DNA of 60,752 nt, counting the filler, from Platydemus manokwari (Eukaryota): assembly GCA_037951405.1 (NCBI GenBank). It is 4 parts of 4 records of this genome, joined end to end, with 100 filler letters (N's around TTAATTAATTAA, not from the genome) between each part and the next. Parts side by side here need not be neighbours in the genome. Positions count along the whole stretch, not along the records: positions 35,183 to 45,428 come from JBBMOY011154215.1; positions 45,529 to 60,752 come from JBBMOY011322539.1; 2 more parts are not named here. One strand, written 5' to 3'. Positions 36,601-51,681 of this stretch are shown here, piece by piece; position 1 is the stretch's first letter; each line of letters begins with the position of its first letter. The position numbers were made by a program, and so were the translations under genes. The notes beneath the pieces were generated by a model, which saw only the letters and a program-made list of their open reading frames with translations, made no database searches and was not told the DNA's origin.

Positions 36601-39600
36601 CTTTGATTTTGGAATGGGAGAAAGATGATAAAACTATAATAGTGAGCGAGAATTTGAATTTTGTCTTCAGAAATATAATCTTTAGCTATCACAAGTCAAA
36701 ATATTCATCAACTTCTTTTAAGCATTTAATGAAAAATGCTATAAATTTTATTTAATGAGAAACAATTTAAAATTATTTTTTAAAAATAGGGATATCCCCT
36801 GGATGTAGAGATACTTATCTACACGAATATGACTGTCAATGGATCGATATCAGTGACATTTCTCCTGGCACATATACTTTCCAAGTATGTTTTCTTTACA
36901 TAATTTAATTATATTTGAGGCTTAGATGATTATAAATCCTCAATTTTTTGTTGGAGAATCAGACTATTTCAACAACGGATTGAATTGCACTTTATATTAT
37001 TTGGGATATAATGCTATATTACGATCCTGTTCATGGAAGCACCCCTATGACTTAGATTAAACTTATTTTGTTCATTTCAATGATTGCATGGCAATTTATT
37101 CCGAACTTATGAAATCTTATTAATAAAACAAAAGAAATTTGTTTACGTGGTTGCATATTTTACAGGCTTGATTTCAGAAATATGACTTTAAAATTATCCA
37201 AATTAAATATCACTATTATTGATGAATCGCAGTACATAAAATTATGGTAATATCAATAGTATAAGAGGCACGTCGAACTCAGTCATTATTTAATTTTACC
37301 AAAGGTCATAGCAGTTCCTGGATATTGTTCAATGATTAATTCAGTTAGCGGGCAAGAATAGACTTTAATTTTATTGTGTTGATCTGTAACTTCGATGATG
37401 AATCGGTACTTGTCGCATTCTTTCAACACACATTAAGCATAAACTTCCTATAAGATTGGCATTAAACATTAGCGTTGAAGTGTAATAATTTGTCCTACAA
37501 AACATTATTATTCACTGGTGGTTAAAAATAAGCAGAAGGTTTGATAATACCCTATAATAATAATTTATTTTATCTCGTAAAAATGGTCAATTTCCATTGA
37601 GCGAGACAGTCATCTCTTTAATTTTATAAAAAAACATGAACGATTATAGTTGTTTATATCCAAGAAGGAAATAAAGGAAAGTTACAGTTGTAATTAACAA
37701 TGTCAACTTAATATCTGTTGCCTATATATTCATTTGATTCTTCTCTCCTTTCAGTTCTTCTGGAAAGTTATTACCATTCGAAGAATATCGTTTAAAATTC
37801 AGCATCACAGATATAATTTGAAATAACAAAAGACTAGTAATGCAGATATATTAGATAAGTTAGCAGCTTCCTATGAAACCTTTACGAAATATCTCTTTTA
37901 TGGACAAAATATTGATAAAGGCTTTCTACTCAGCAACTAAGAACTAATATGAATGTGAAAAAAGTCAAATAAAGAAAAGAAGAAAAACTGATATTAAAAT
38001 TCTGAAATAATCCTTTGAAATGGTTGTGTCACATTTTGCCAGCAGTTTGACAGTTGCTGACTAAATTTTCATCGCTTATCAAAACACATCAACAAAAAGA
38101 TATGTCGCTGGGAAATAGAAAACACGAAGTGACCAATCAAACTCCATGATTCAAGGTCCTTTACATTAACGATAATTAAAAATCCATTAAATTTTATATA
38201 CAAGTTTAGCCTATAAACCGAATTTACTCCCGACGGAATTGGTCATTTTTTGGTCAGTGCCTTAACATAAATTTTTTATTCTTTCGATTACTGACCCCTT
38301 TTGTGTAATTTATTCTTATCCTTGAAACTTTGTCTGACGGAATTTTGTGTGTGGCATGCTAAAGATTTATTGGACATTACCGTTGAGTTTTATTATATTT
38401 TGATGTTGAAATTGTGATTTAATATTCTTACCTTTACTTATAAGATATATCTTAATATCCAAAGAATATTCTTTACTTTTCAAATGAGTAACGTAAAAAT
38501 AGAAAGCACAGTGACGTCTATTCATGAAGAAAATTTTATTAAAGTATACTTTAAATTCAAGTCGAATCAAACTTATTGAAAAAAATATTTTGATCATTTT
38601 TGATAATAATATTTTTAAAAAATGAGAATTTATAAATACAATACATTTCCTGTGCTTTCTTTTTTAATGCATAGAAGATACAGATAGAATATACTTGAAA
38701 ACTAGCGATTTGTCACATTTTATATATTATAAACTATAGATTATCTAAAATGTGATTAAGACAATTTGTAAATATGAAACATGTAATTTCTTTATAATTT
38801 AAGTGTCTTTATGATAGATTGGAAGATAGATTATACTCACTATACAATATGATGCGAATTAATATGGTATTTGAAGTTTATGAGAAATTACTCAATAATC
38901 CCGATCAAAGAATCTTAGAGTGCGGTCTACAATAGTATATATAATGCTAAATAACACACAATATCTGATCATTTCCCTTCAAATTGATAATCTTTTATTG
39001 AATTTCAGTTTTCAATAGCGCGTACCCACAGAAAACAGGGAACATCGAAATCCACTTATGATATGAAAAAGAAAAAAAATTACCACTAAGTTAGTCTTGA
39101 AACTGTTCTAACAAATGAAAAGCAGAATTTTAAACAGCAAGTAGACCGTTCAACACAGCCTATAAATGTCCCGACTCTCGACAACAACTACCAGTCTATT
39201 ATGATCAGTAACTTTCTACATATTACTCTTTTCGGTTTTGAGCCCACTGTGATTTGGCATTAATCTTTGGTTTTTAGTGAATTTGAATTCTGAAAGAATT
39301 TTGTGACTAATTTTTTTAGTATTTTCAAATTATTATTTGTAATTAAAATATAATTTTCTTTGTTTTAACTAGATAATAATCTACCAGTAGATACATGAAA
39401 ATACTTTTTATGGTATGCCCATAAACGCTGTGAACAATTAGACAGATTTATTAGTTTAGAGATTTAAGTATTTTTGACCATTTTAAAAAAAAACCATAAC
39501 GTCATTTTGAAAATTTTAATTATTTTATTGGATTATTTTGAATTCTTTATTGCCCTCCCAATAAAAGCTTTTCACTCTAGATTAAATCTAGAATAGCTTT

Positions 39601-41704
39601 TGATCGAAGTCGAGAAACAAGCGGAATTTTAATTTTATGAATTTTACTTCTGAGATAAAGGAAAAAGTTTTGTAAAATACTCATAAATAATTCAACAAAT
39701 TGCTCATATCTTAAAATTATCGAAACGTCCATAATAAAAAGTAGTTCAATTTTTCAGTCCTACGCAGTTAATCTCTAAAATGATGCATCAAGACATTAGG
39801 ACCATGTAGTTAGAGACGGGTAGCTGTGCATAAAAAGAGATTTACTACACTTATTATCTAGAAGCAGCGTGAAACAGATGGGATTTTTTAAAGAAAAGGC
39901 TATGGTTATCTTAACGAGAAAATGGTAATTGAATTGAGTTACAAAATTGATTCTATTGCAATTTATCTAGAATAAATTGATCTCATTTCAATGACAATTC
40001 ATAAATTTAAATATCGAGAGATTTAATGGAAGAGAATATTGAATATACAAGTTTATAGGTTGCTTGGGTCAGTAGAAAATTTACGGCTAAAACAAGAAGT
40101 TATTGTGAGGACATCATATCTAAAAGATCCAGGTCTGCAAGGTTGAAGGTCATGTTAAAAATGTGACTCGAGATGAATATTTCAGTAATTCAGATTTATT
40201 GTCAATGTTTTTCATAATATGAAACAAAGTCAAAATATTGTTTACAGAATCAGCTATCCACAAATAATGAAATCGAGTAAAGCAATGCACATCGTCAAAA
40301 ATTACATAATGAGGGATCATCAGTTGGTCAGAAAACAAGTTTATTTTACTAATGTTTGATATTTATTTGCTCGTAGATTGTTTGGTAGACTCCATTTATT
40401 TTTCATCGATACTGATAATTTTTTTCCAAGAAGCTTCCATTTGTATTAACAAACTCCTAGAACTTTGTGTAGAGGATATTAGAAGATCTGGAATTAAGGG
40501 GCATTGCCATTTATTTAGATGATATTGGCTTATCATTAACTGTTGGAAGATGTTTTCAGTGTATCAAAATCTGGACTCGAAATACATCCAGAAAATATGT
40601 CCCCATTTGAATTAAGCAGAATTCTCAGGATATATATTGCTCACCCTATACTAAGATCATTTTTAGATTTTCAAACAACTAATATATGTATATATTGATT
40701 ATTAAAACATGATAAGTGCACCTTTGTTCGCTACTACTTAAATATCACATCGTAGTGAAGTGTATTAAAAAAGATTTTGAAAATAGAAAATATTATTTTT
40801 CGAAGACCCGATTTTAGACCAGCTCAGGGAAAACAAGAAAATAAGAAAGAAAACCAACCAGTTTCCAATTGTAGACTTTAATGACTTATTTGCCTCAGGA
40901 CATTTTAGAATAAAAGTATTGAAAAAGGTTCAAATGATGAAACAATGTGCTTTGAATAGCAGACTAAACAGTAATATTCTGAACTTATATACGCATGATT
41001 CTATCACTTGAGATTAAACGTTTATAATATTAATAATTAATTGTTAGTTATCCATTTATTTAATGAATATCTTGACTTGATTAAATTTATATCGAAAGCA
41101 AATTCAATGCATTTGAATCATTTTGAAATTCATGGAGTGGCAATGCATACAGTTTCCAATATGATCCCGTGCAATTTTCTTGTTACAAATTTTCATTTAT
41201 TTTAGAATCCTTCGTGGTTGTAGTGATTCACAGTTTACAGTGCCTTTATCAATTATGAAACAGCTTTAAGTCATTGGCATGATTTAAAATAAGAATTATT
41301 TCCTGGTATTTAATTGATCTGTTAATAATTATTATTGAAATGCTGTGAAATTTTTGTTAAAATTTGAAAAATCGATTTGTCATATTTTTTTATTAAATTC
41401 GTGAATAAGATTCCAAAATTATTATTCATATTTAAGTGTCATCAATACAAATTATGAGAACACTTTAATTGTTTACATAAACAATAGAATGTTAATTTAC
41501 TATGTCCTTTATACATGCGCTTATGTACATATTAGATTGACGTAATACTAAAACGATCTTAATTCTATTTAATTTTAAATTTGATGAATAAATACAAAGA
41601 ATAATTACTACAAAAATAGTAATACACAACCTCTGAGAATGAAATAAATAGTTCGATGTTGATACCATTAATTTAATTATTCATTTTAGAATTCTTGTTG
41701 CTAA

Positions 41705-44700
41705 ATGAGTGTTCTAAAACAATTAATTTTTTTCATCGTATGTGTTCAGATTTCATTGGCTTTTAATTCGGAAAATTGTCCATCAGAATGTCGATGCACT
41801 GATAAAACCGTTACTTGTCGGAGTGCAAATCTAAATGTAATACCTAGAATCGAAAATAAAAAGCTTAGCTATCTATCTATTCACGGAAATCGTATCAAGA
41901 CAATCAAATCTCATTCTTTTAAAGAATTCAAAGATCTGATTCATATTGATTTAAGTTATAACAGAATCTCAGAAGTTCAAGAAAATGCTTTTTCAGGACC
42001 TTTATATTTACAAAATTTGTATTTGAGAAATAATTTCATTTCATCTTTACCCGAGGAAATATTTTCTGAACATTTCGAGAATTTGAAAATAATTAGTTTG
42101 GCAAATAACCAGTTAAAAAAATTACCAATTTCTTTGGAAAAACTGATTAATTTAAAGCGTCTGGATTTACATGGCAATTTTCTAACCTGCGGTTGTGAAC
42201 TTCGATATTTTTCAGGAAATTTACGAAGATTAACCGTGCCATCTCAAAAAACAAAATGTGATGCACCAATGACAGTGAAAGGACAATATATTGAAGAAAT
42301 AGAATTTGAAAAAAATTGTCCAAACAAGGTTATGAATGCCGATATGGCTCCAAAATTTGTCCAACAACCAGATGATGTGTATGTAGCAATTGGAGACAAA
42401 GCTAAGTTCACTTGCCAGGTAGCTGATATTCATACCACTCATGTTGAATGGAATTTTCAATTCAACGACTCCAGTTATGTTGATTTTTATTGGAGAAATC
42501 AATTGTTAGTTATCAGAGAAGTTCATGATTTTCATTCAGGAATTTTAACCTGCACCGCATCTAATAACAAAGGTTCGGTTTCTGCATCAGCTAAACTAAC
42601 CATAGTCCCAAATCAAAAACCATTTATTGTTGAAGGACCTTCCAGTATCAGTATAGAAAAGGGATCTCAAGTCGTATTCTCTTGTCGTGCTAAAGGATAT
42701 CCAAATCCGGAAATTACTTGGTTGTGGGTGAAGTCCAGTCAGATAAGATTGGAGACAGGAGGAAAATACACAGTTCGTAAGAATGTTCTCATTATTGACA
42801 ATGTTACAGAGAGTGAAGCTGAGGGTAGGTATGTTTGTTACGCAAGTAGTTCTTCTGGATCTGCAAGAGTTTCTGCAGTAATAACATTAGAAAGAATAAA
42901 AAATCATAGTTATAAAGATCATAAAAATATTCAAAATTCAGTTGAGAACTTGAAAAATGATCAATTATATGAAATTATAAAAGACGCACAAGCTAAAATT
43001 AATGTAGCTTTTAAAAAAACAGCGGAAAGATTAAGAGATCCAAACAGACAAAGGTCAAGATCAGATATACAATCTCTATTCAGACAACCGAGCTTAGCTG
43101 CTTTAGAATTAGCTAAGGCAAGCGATGTTTATGAAAAAGTATTAGATGATTTAAATGGAATCTTGAGAGAAAATAAAGTGAAACTGAATTTAACAACTCC
43201 ATATGATGAAAGCTTGGATTTAAGTTTATTATTATCAGATGATCAATTAGCTATAATCTCCCAACTTTCTGGTTGTCAAAGATCTGCAGAAGAATTACAT
43301 TGCTCACAACAGTTATGTTTTCATAAAAAATATAGAAGCATTGATGGCAAATGTAATAATCTCATAAACCCAAGACGAGGATCTGCACTTTCACCTTTTT
43401 ATCGTTTAATAAGACCAGAATATGAAAATGGAATTAATACACCCATTGGTTGGACAGCTGGTCGATTGTATTTCGGTTATCCAAAGCCAAGCGCTCGTTT
43501 GGTTTCGTCAAAACTTCTCAGAGCAAATAAAGTAATTATATTAGTTTTAATTTTATAAATTAAATTATATTAGGTTACACCTGATCCTAATTTAACTGCC
43601 ATGGTTATGCAATGGGGACAGTTTCTTGATCATGATTTAGATTTTACACCAGTAGATGCGTCATCTAGTAGATTTAGTGATGGGTTGGGATGTAATGAAA
43701 CATGTGTAAATGATTCTCCATGTTTCCCAATTTTGACTCCACCTGGTGATAAAAGAGTGCAAAGACCATGCATTGGATTTTCTCGATCTATAGCAACATG
43801 TGGATCCGGACAATCATCGATAATTCTAGGAAAATTACATTACAGAGAACAAGTCAATCAAATCACTTCATTTCTGGATGCCTCAAATGTATATTCAAGT
43901 GATCCTTTGGAAGCTACTGAACTTCGTGATTTGTCATATGATGAAGGAAAATTAAGAGTTGGACCTGCTACATTTGCAAACAAGCGCTTATTACCATTCA
44001 ATATCAGAGGCCAAGTTGATTGTCAAATTGATCCAAACAAAGCTCATGTACCATGTTTCAAAGCAGGAGATCACAGAAACAATGAAAATCTTGGTTTATT
44101 AGCAATGCACACAATTTGGATGAGAGAGCATAATAGAATAGCAGAAGAATTAAGAGCCATTAATAATCATTGGACAGGCGATAAAATTTATTACGAAGCA
44201 AGAAAAATTGTGGGAGCTTTAATGCAACACATAACATATAAAACTTGGTTGCCAATTGTTCTAGGAGAAAATGAAGTAAAAAAACTTGGAGAATATAAAA
44301 GTTACGATGACCAAATCGATCCTACTATCAGCAGTGTATTTGCAACGGCTGCTATGAGATTTGGACATACTTTGATTAACCCAATACTTTATAGACTAGA
44401 TGAAGATTTCGAAACAATTCCCGAAGGAAATCTCCCATTACATAAAGCTTTCTTTGCACCAGATCTTATGATGGAAGATGGTGGAATAGATCCTATTTTA
44501 AGGGGCTTGTACGCCAAAGGATCAAAATCTGTGACACCTGATCAAGTGATGAATGCTGAATTAATTGAAAAGTTATTTGCTATGGCTCATGAAGTAGCAC
44601 TAGATTTAGGTGCATTAAACATACAAAGAGGAAGAGATCATGGATTACCAAGCTATAATAATTGGAGAGAATATTGTGGTCTTAAAAAGGCCTCGAAATT

Positions 44701-45289
44701 CGATGATTTTTCTAAAGAAATAGTTTCAGAGGATCTAAGAGAAAAAATGAGACAAATATACGGCCACCCAGGAAATGTTGATTTATTCGCTGGAGCAGTT
44801 TTGGAAGAAAAGGTTCCTGGTGGATTGGTTGGTCCTACATTGAGCTGCTTATTAATAGATCAATTCAAAAGATTAAGAGATGGAGATAGATTCTGGTATG
44901 AAAACCATGATCATTTCGACGCGGCGCAATTATCTCAAATTAGACAAGTAACTATGTCAAGAATTATTTGTGATAATGCAGATAATATCACCCGTGTGCA
45001 AGAAAATTTATTCAAGTTACCAAAATCAAAATCTGGTTTTATCGAATGCAAGCATATTCCGAAATTAAATTTAATTCCCTGGAAAGAATGTTATGATTCC
45101 ACAAGAATTAGTATTAATGACCAAATTCTCGTTTCCTCACAATCAAGATCCAGAAGAAGTGTAACACTTTTTGACACAACGGAAAATGACAATCATATTA
45201 ATCAATGCAAAGCTGATATAAATACTCTGGAAGAAAGAATAAAAAATCTAGAAACGAAAGTTAATTCAATGAATAAAATCAATAATTAA
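41705..45289 (+). CDS. PXDN: Peroxidasin (signal peptide-LRR-2 Ig-heme peroxidase-coiled coil), two coding exons
   Basis: Signal peptide; CPSECRC LRR cap; LRRs; two Ig domains; KYRSIDGKCNNL; 42-nt GT-AG intron at 43532-43573; QWGQFLDHD; GDHRNNEN; AMRFGH; IQRGRDHG; LRDGDRFWYE. Confidence 0.97.
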
Positions 45290-45428
45290 CTGTAATTTTT
45301 GTTTATAAAGTACTTTGTTACTAATTGAGATAATAATAAATTATCAGTAGTTTTATTGGTTTTATTGCAATAAACAATGTATAAATACATTTTCATGAAT
45401 TATAAGAGTTCATGAATAAAGAAACCGT

Positions 45429-45528
45429 NNNNNNNNNNNNNNNNNNNNNNNNNNNNNNNNNNNNNNNNNNNNTTAATTAATTAANNNNNNNNNNNNNNNN
45501 NNNNNNNNNNNNNNNNNNNNNNNNNNNN
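45429..45528. other. Artificial contig linker
   Basis: N44-TTAATTAATTAA-N44. Confidence 0.98.
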
Positions 45529-48334
45529 CTTTAGGTTTAATAGTGTGTACCTTAAGGGGTTGGTCAGAGCTCACGGAGACTGATCAAGTCAGCTTTGATC
45601 CACAAGTAAAACTAATATAGAGACTGATAATACAAATAAAATAAGTGCAACCCCAAAACACATCAATGATATCATAATTGATTTCATCTGTTGCGATAAA
45701 AGAACCACAGTGTGGATAAGCTTTATCGGAAACTCAATTATACTAATAAAAATGCTCATTTGCTATACTATAATGACTTTCATCATCTTATTTGTTTATA
45801 AGAAAATCAAATATAAATAAATATTTAAAATTATGATTAATTTTAAAATGTTTGAAAATCGCTCTCTCTAGGTTCAAAATTTTTATTAATACTTGCTGGT
45901 TGAGTTTTATAGGCGAGTAGATACTAATCCACAGTTCTTGAATTACTCCTAGTCTCTAAAGTTCACGAGATTGTACATCTACTTGCATATGGAAGTTGAT
46001 ACTCCTTGATAAAGCAACTCGGTGTTTCTGAGTGAGACCAAATCATTGATCCAAAACTTTGTTTACTATGTAGTGGTAGGCTGCACTTTTTACAATTGAA
46101 TGTAAATTACTTTTTTCTGAGTTAATTTTTTTGAAGCTTTAATTACTGATTTCCTTATAAATATATTCCATATTGTATTTTATTCTTAAATATTATTTTT
46201 TTTATTCTTTATTTATTTGAAAGACTTTTATTTCATTAGTTTTTTGTTACGAATTTGGCACTACACCAAAAATCGTCATTTTACATTTATTGATGTATCA
46301 AAAATTCACGATTACAACAAATCAAAATTTTGAAAATGAAAGTTCCATTAAACTCATTTAAATTAAATATTTTCACACTCAATTAAACAAACCAATTTTT
46401 GCTAAATTAGTTAAGATTAATTTAATTCAGTCATAATAGAATAAAACTCCGACAAATATAGTTCAGTTAATTCATTCGATGTTGTGCAGTCAATTTCTTA
46501 AATTATAAAATCACAATAAGAGTAGATTTTTGCTGTTGCCAAGATATTCGTGATTGCAACACAGACAGCTTGTTAAGTCAATATAATTTAATAGAATTAT
46601 GAGGTGATCTAGTTTGACTCAAATCAATGATTTATGATCGATTATCTGAACCTTTATTATTTCGAATACCTATAAGTCGATAAACAATGATTCCACTAAG
46701 GATTTGACAGCCAACAGATTAATAGGTTCCGTGTAATAAGTCAAATAAATATGAATAATAAATAAGAATGAAGGAGATGATAAATATATTCAGTATACGT
46801 GAGTTTAGAAGTAAGCATTTGGCGTGATATGAATATGGTAACAATTTACAGAGAACTAAGTGTCACTCTATTTCGGTATAAAATTGAAGAAATGATTTCG
46901 GGTTCCAACAAATTCCTTTGGAATTTGAGAAAGTTCAGTTTAATAAATTATAATAAATATCTTCTTGGAGTTTGTTTGAACCAGTTAACGAATGAAATAA
47001 TTATAATTTACCATAATTCAAATAGATTAAATTGCTCTATTGAATTGAGATAAAAATGTGATCTAATAATGATTATGATTAAATGAGTAATACCAGTGTA
47101 TATTATTAATGTCCACAATAAGGTTAATGTACACGAATATGGTTAACATTCATGATTTCATTAGAGTATGAGTGCTAAACTATTCTGCAAGTTAGTGATT
47201 TTTGCACGGCCTTACATGGTGCGAAATTTTGTGTGTTATTAGTCATATTTTCCTATTTTAGAAATTGCTATAGTGATTTATTCCATTGCCATATTGATTG
47301 GTATTTGAATTTAAAAATTTATAGTTTCTTATTAAACTGTCAAGGAAACGCTAATGATTGATGGTGAATAATTATGTTAATTTGAAAATGTATATTAATT
47401 TTTATCGCCCATGATCAACCCAATATTAATTGTTTCTTCTATCAAATAGCTTTGATTGGATATAGGTTTTGTTGATTGATATTCCATTGCTAGTTGTGAT
47501 TTGGAATTGATCTGTACATTGTTTCTAACGCTTGCGTAAATTAGTGGAAGGAAATCTGGAAACTATTGCTGAAATATTGGTGTTTCACTTTTAGGGATTC
47601 TCATGATGATTTTCTATTTTACTGGGTTGTATTGAGTTTAGATAAACCCATGTTGCCAGATCCCTAATCATTTTATACGTTAGACAATTTGAATTGGAAG
47701 TCATGAAAACAATTAAGTAGATTGTAATATCGATTTTGCTTCTAAACATTTTTACGATGATTAGTTCTATTTTATTTTACATTATTAATATAAGCAAACT
47801 TATAGCTTTGACCTATAAACACTGAAGCTTTATAAAGAATTCGCCTCTTAAATATTCTATATAATCCTCCTCTGTTTAATGTACTACTTTGGTTGCAATA
47901 ACTTTTTGAAGCTGCATCTTCTTTACATAAGCTTTTATTCACACTTTAATAACAGATATAAATTCTCTACAATATTTTTACATAAGAAATTATAAATTTG
48001 CTATCACATTTAGACGTCTAATAAAATAACTTTAAGTAACTGCTTTTAGTACAACTCTAATTTTAATGTTACTAAGATTTTGTTGAGCTTGTCTTTAAAA
48101 TGGCAAAATATCTTCGGAAACCATGGAAATAACCTTCAAAGGATTGATACGTGCAGATTTATTTGATTTGGATCAAATATTCATTTCATTACAACATCAA
48201 CAGGTTTAGGATCTATGTATCCAATATATTAAATAGATATTAATGTACTTATTTTGAGAGAAAACACAAGTACCTTGTTCTTGGCACTTCTCAATAATTC
48301 CGAGATCACTTTTTTCTAAAATAACTTTAAAAAT

Positions 48335-48545
48335 CTTAGATATAATTCCAATTGCTTCTGATGTTAAAAGAAGGGGTCCTCGCTAATTTTCAATTAATTG
48401 CATTTGGACCTACTTTGACCCGTTTTTCAAATAATTAATTTTTAGTAGATTTTAAAAATCCTGTGCATATATTATTTGATTCTAAATAACTAAAATTTTA
48501 CTCAAGTACTTAAATAAAAAATTCAAAATGTTATTAAAGAATTTA
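48335..48545 (+). repeat. Dispersed AT-rich repeat, copy B
   Basis: Aligns with 58583-58795; shared GTCCTCGCTAATTTTCAAT and AAGTACTT.AATAAAAAATTCAAAATGTT. Confidence 0.85.
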
Positions 48546-51500
48546 TTATTGATTTGACTATTGAGAGTCTGATTCCGGACCGTGTTTTTTTGACGATTTA
48601 GTTTCCTGTAAAAATTGTGATTGCTAATTATAATTTTCACATTTAGTGAATATCTTAACAGTTTCATCAACGAACATTACTTCAAGAAAACAAAGATTTA
48701 TTACTGTTATGAATTGAGACAATAACGTTGAACAATTTATTGTAGATAAGTTTAAAGGTATTATTAAAAATAATTTTTATTAAGCTTTTACTATAAATAC
48801 TGTCTTATTTTTGCGATATTTTTATGTTATCAAATATTTTCGGTGCAATGTGTTGTTCTATATCCTTATGAAGATGAGATGTAGGATTTCGGGATGACTT
48901 TATTATGTAAATTACAAAATATGCAACTGATGTTGGTTACCAATATAAATTATCAGTTATAACAAATGATTAGGCTTAGTAAAAAACATTTGCATGATAT
49001 TGTTTAGGTATGAAATAGTATCAAACAATTTTTGCCTAAGTGTTGTAAATCCTAAATTTTTATATGTAATTTGATAATAAGAATATTATTCTTATTTTTG
49101 TTTAGGTAATTTTACAAGAATTTGTAAAGGATATTATAATAATGAAATTGTAAATCATTACTTCGAAATCCCAAATCATAATTAAATACGGAATTAATAG
49201 TTTAATTTAGAAATAATGATAAAAATCCTAGAAATAAAGTTTAGTAATTATTTAGTTTAGTAAAAACTTCGGTTAATAATAATTTTGATAAATTAGATAA
49301 ATTTAACTTTGAGAATAATTTGGATTAAGTGATTAGATGACAGCTAGAAAATATTAACAACAAAACCTAAGTCAACTCTGCATTCTGAGAATAATAGTGA
49401 AGAATAAAATATTATAAAATCCTCATACCAACTATCAACAATAATTTTAATTGCATTCAATCCATAGTAGCAATTGGCAGTAGGATAATAATAACAATTA
49501 AAATAGAAATCCAGCTCAGACTTTAATTAAGTCATTCATTATTTCCCCGGCTAGGGGAAGTAGCGCATAAGACCAGTAGCAACTAGTGTCTTTACCTCGT
49601 CAAATTAGTCGAAACCACTAGCCTATTAGTTACATGAAACCACATTTGTCGAGTTGATTTTCACAGGAAGAGAATAGTTATATTCTGAATTGCCGACGAT
49701 TGAAGAACGAGTATGATCAATTTGTGTAAAATCACATATTAGAATATCCACCTGTATATTCTTACTATGTATCGAGTAAAGCTCAAATCCCTTCATAAAG
49801 AAACTTCAATATATTACGAAGGGGATTATTGGTCATAAAACCTTTCTCGTAGTTTTGCACAAGTTACCATCGTTTAAATGTATAAAAATAATAAAAAATG
49901 TTTTTTAAACATAATAAACATTTTAATAATAATAAACATTAATAATAAACATTTTTTAGCTTAAATTTTATTTAAAATTTAATATTTCTGTCATAGAAAC
50001 CTCGCATTGAACCAGTTCAACTAAAGTACAAGTTATTTCAAAAATCAACATTAAACATAGTACCCAATTTTCGAGGTTAAGGTGCCATCATTCTTAACCA
50101 TCAATAAACTATTAATTAAGTAGGATTCTTACGGCCATAGCCATAAGAGCAACCCTAAAATTCATTATGGAACCAAGACAATAGCAATGCTCATTAATCA
50201 TCAATTTATTTTTCCAACGGGTTATTTTTCTAAGCAATTGTTATACAATTTTGTGTTTCACATTATTATTGTATTGTAATTAGAATTTAATATTGATCCT
50301 TGTACTCAGCAAATTATTGTGTCATTTGTAATAATAATTATATCTTATTGATCGAATTATTTATTCGATTACTGATTTATAGGGGTCGGCAAAAATTATA
50401 TCGTTTTTATCGGTAAGAAAATATCTGAAGATCAAAATTAAAATTTTCTAGGTAGGTCTTTAGGTAAATTTTCTAAGGTTGATCATTAACTAGACTGGAA
50501 AATTCAAGATTTCAATGTAAATAAATCGATTAGAGTTTGTTAAATGATTTAGTCTATATATCTCAATATATAGTTTATATATCTCAACTTTTTATATATT
50601 ATTTGACTCATAATTATACATACACATTTGGAGTCAGGTGCCTAATTTAAATCATTTTGTAGGATATAGACAACTATTTAATAATCACACTTCATTCAAT
50701 CTATTTTAATCTAACTTATATGAAAACAATAATCATAATAAACCCAACAATATCATATGTGGATGACAAAGGAATGGATTTTCTGCTCAACGAGGCTTTG
50801 ACCTATTTTTCTCAGAACAAAGCCTCCCTTTTTGCTTTCTCTTAAAATGTCCTTTGTATCTTGGTATCTGCCCAGTTAAAATGGGAGAGTTATTGGGACA
50901 AACCACAATTAAAGAAAATCTAAACCTTGTTAAAATGTTGAAGTTTTTGAATTTTTTGGAATCGTTATTATTTATTTTTATTATTAGATATAGACTTCAC
51001 AGACCGAACATTAAAAATAATAATAAACTTTAGAGTCATATTATAATTATCACAGTTAAGCGGCTTGATAGACAAACCAGTTATCATTTGATCGTTTTAG
51101 TATACAACTTGAATATCTATAACCAGTATAAACTGCTATCGACTTTTATAAAACAACAACAATATTTTAATTCTCATAGTCATTGTTGTATAAATAATAA
51201 AAGCAATTCATATTTTCGCAGTTAATGTTTGTAAGCATTCCCAAATACTAATTATGAAGGAGATGCACAAATATTAAATGCTAACACAATAAATGTTTTG
51301 CAAATATACATGAGTGAATTAATTAATAATAGATATTAATGGTTATTAACAAAGGTTATCAAAACGATTTTTAGTTCACGGTAGAAATTGTATTGAGCAA
51401 TTCAAATAAAGAGAATTGATTTGTTGATTGATGGATAAATGAAAACCATTAACTGTTACACACACACACATCTAAACAGTATTATTATTGATTCAAGTTT

Positions 51501-51681
51501 TGATTCGTCAATTTGACGATAGCTTATTCGGAACAATATTGACACAATGAATTTTATAACATCACCAATACAATTGGAGCAGTGATTGATTTTAATGGGA
51601 AAGTCAGAAAAAACGATCAATAAATATATTTAAATTATTCCAAACTACCACCAAATATCAGCTAGGAATCAAATTTACAAT

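Noticed and set aside
39800-40700. Possible very old Gypsy pol remnants (also 46400-47700)
   Set aside because: Only vague motif resemblance; no diagnostic catalytic motif could be recovered by eye.
49543-49590. GC hairpin followed by CTAG, as in a Helitron 3' end
   Set aside because: The hairpin-to-CTAG distance is too long and no 5' end or copies are visible.
50128-50150. CTTACGGCCATA resembling the 5S rRNA 5' end
   Set aside because: The similarity stops after about 12 nt.
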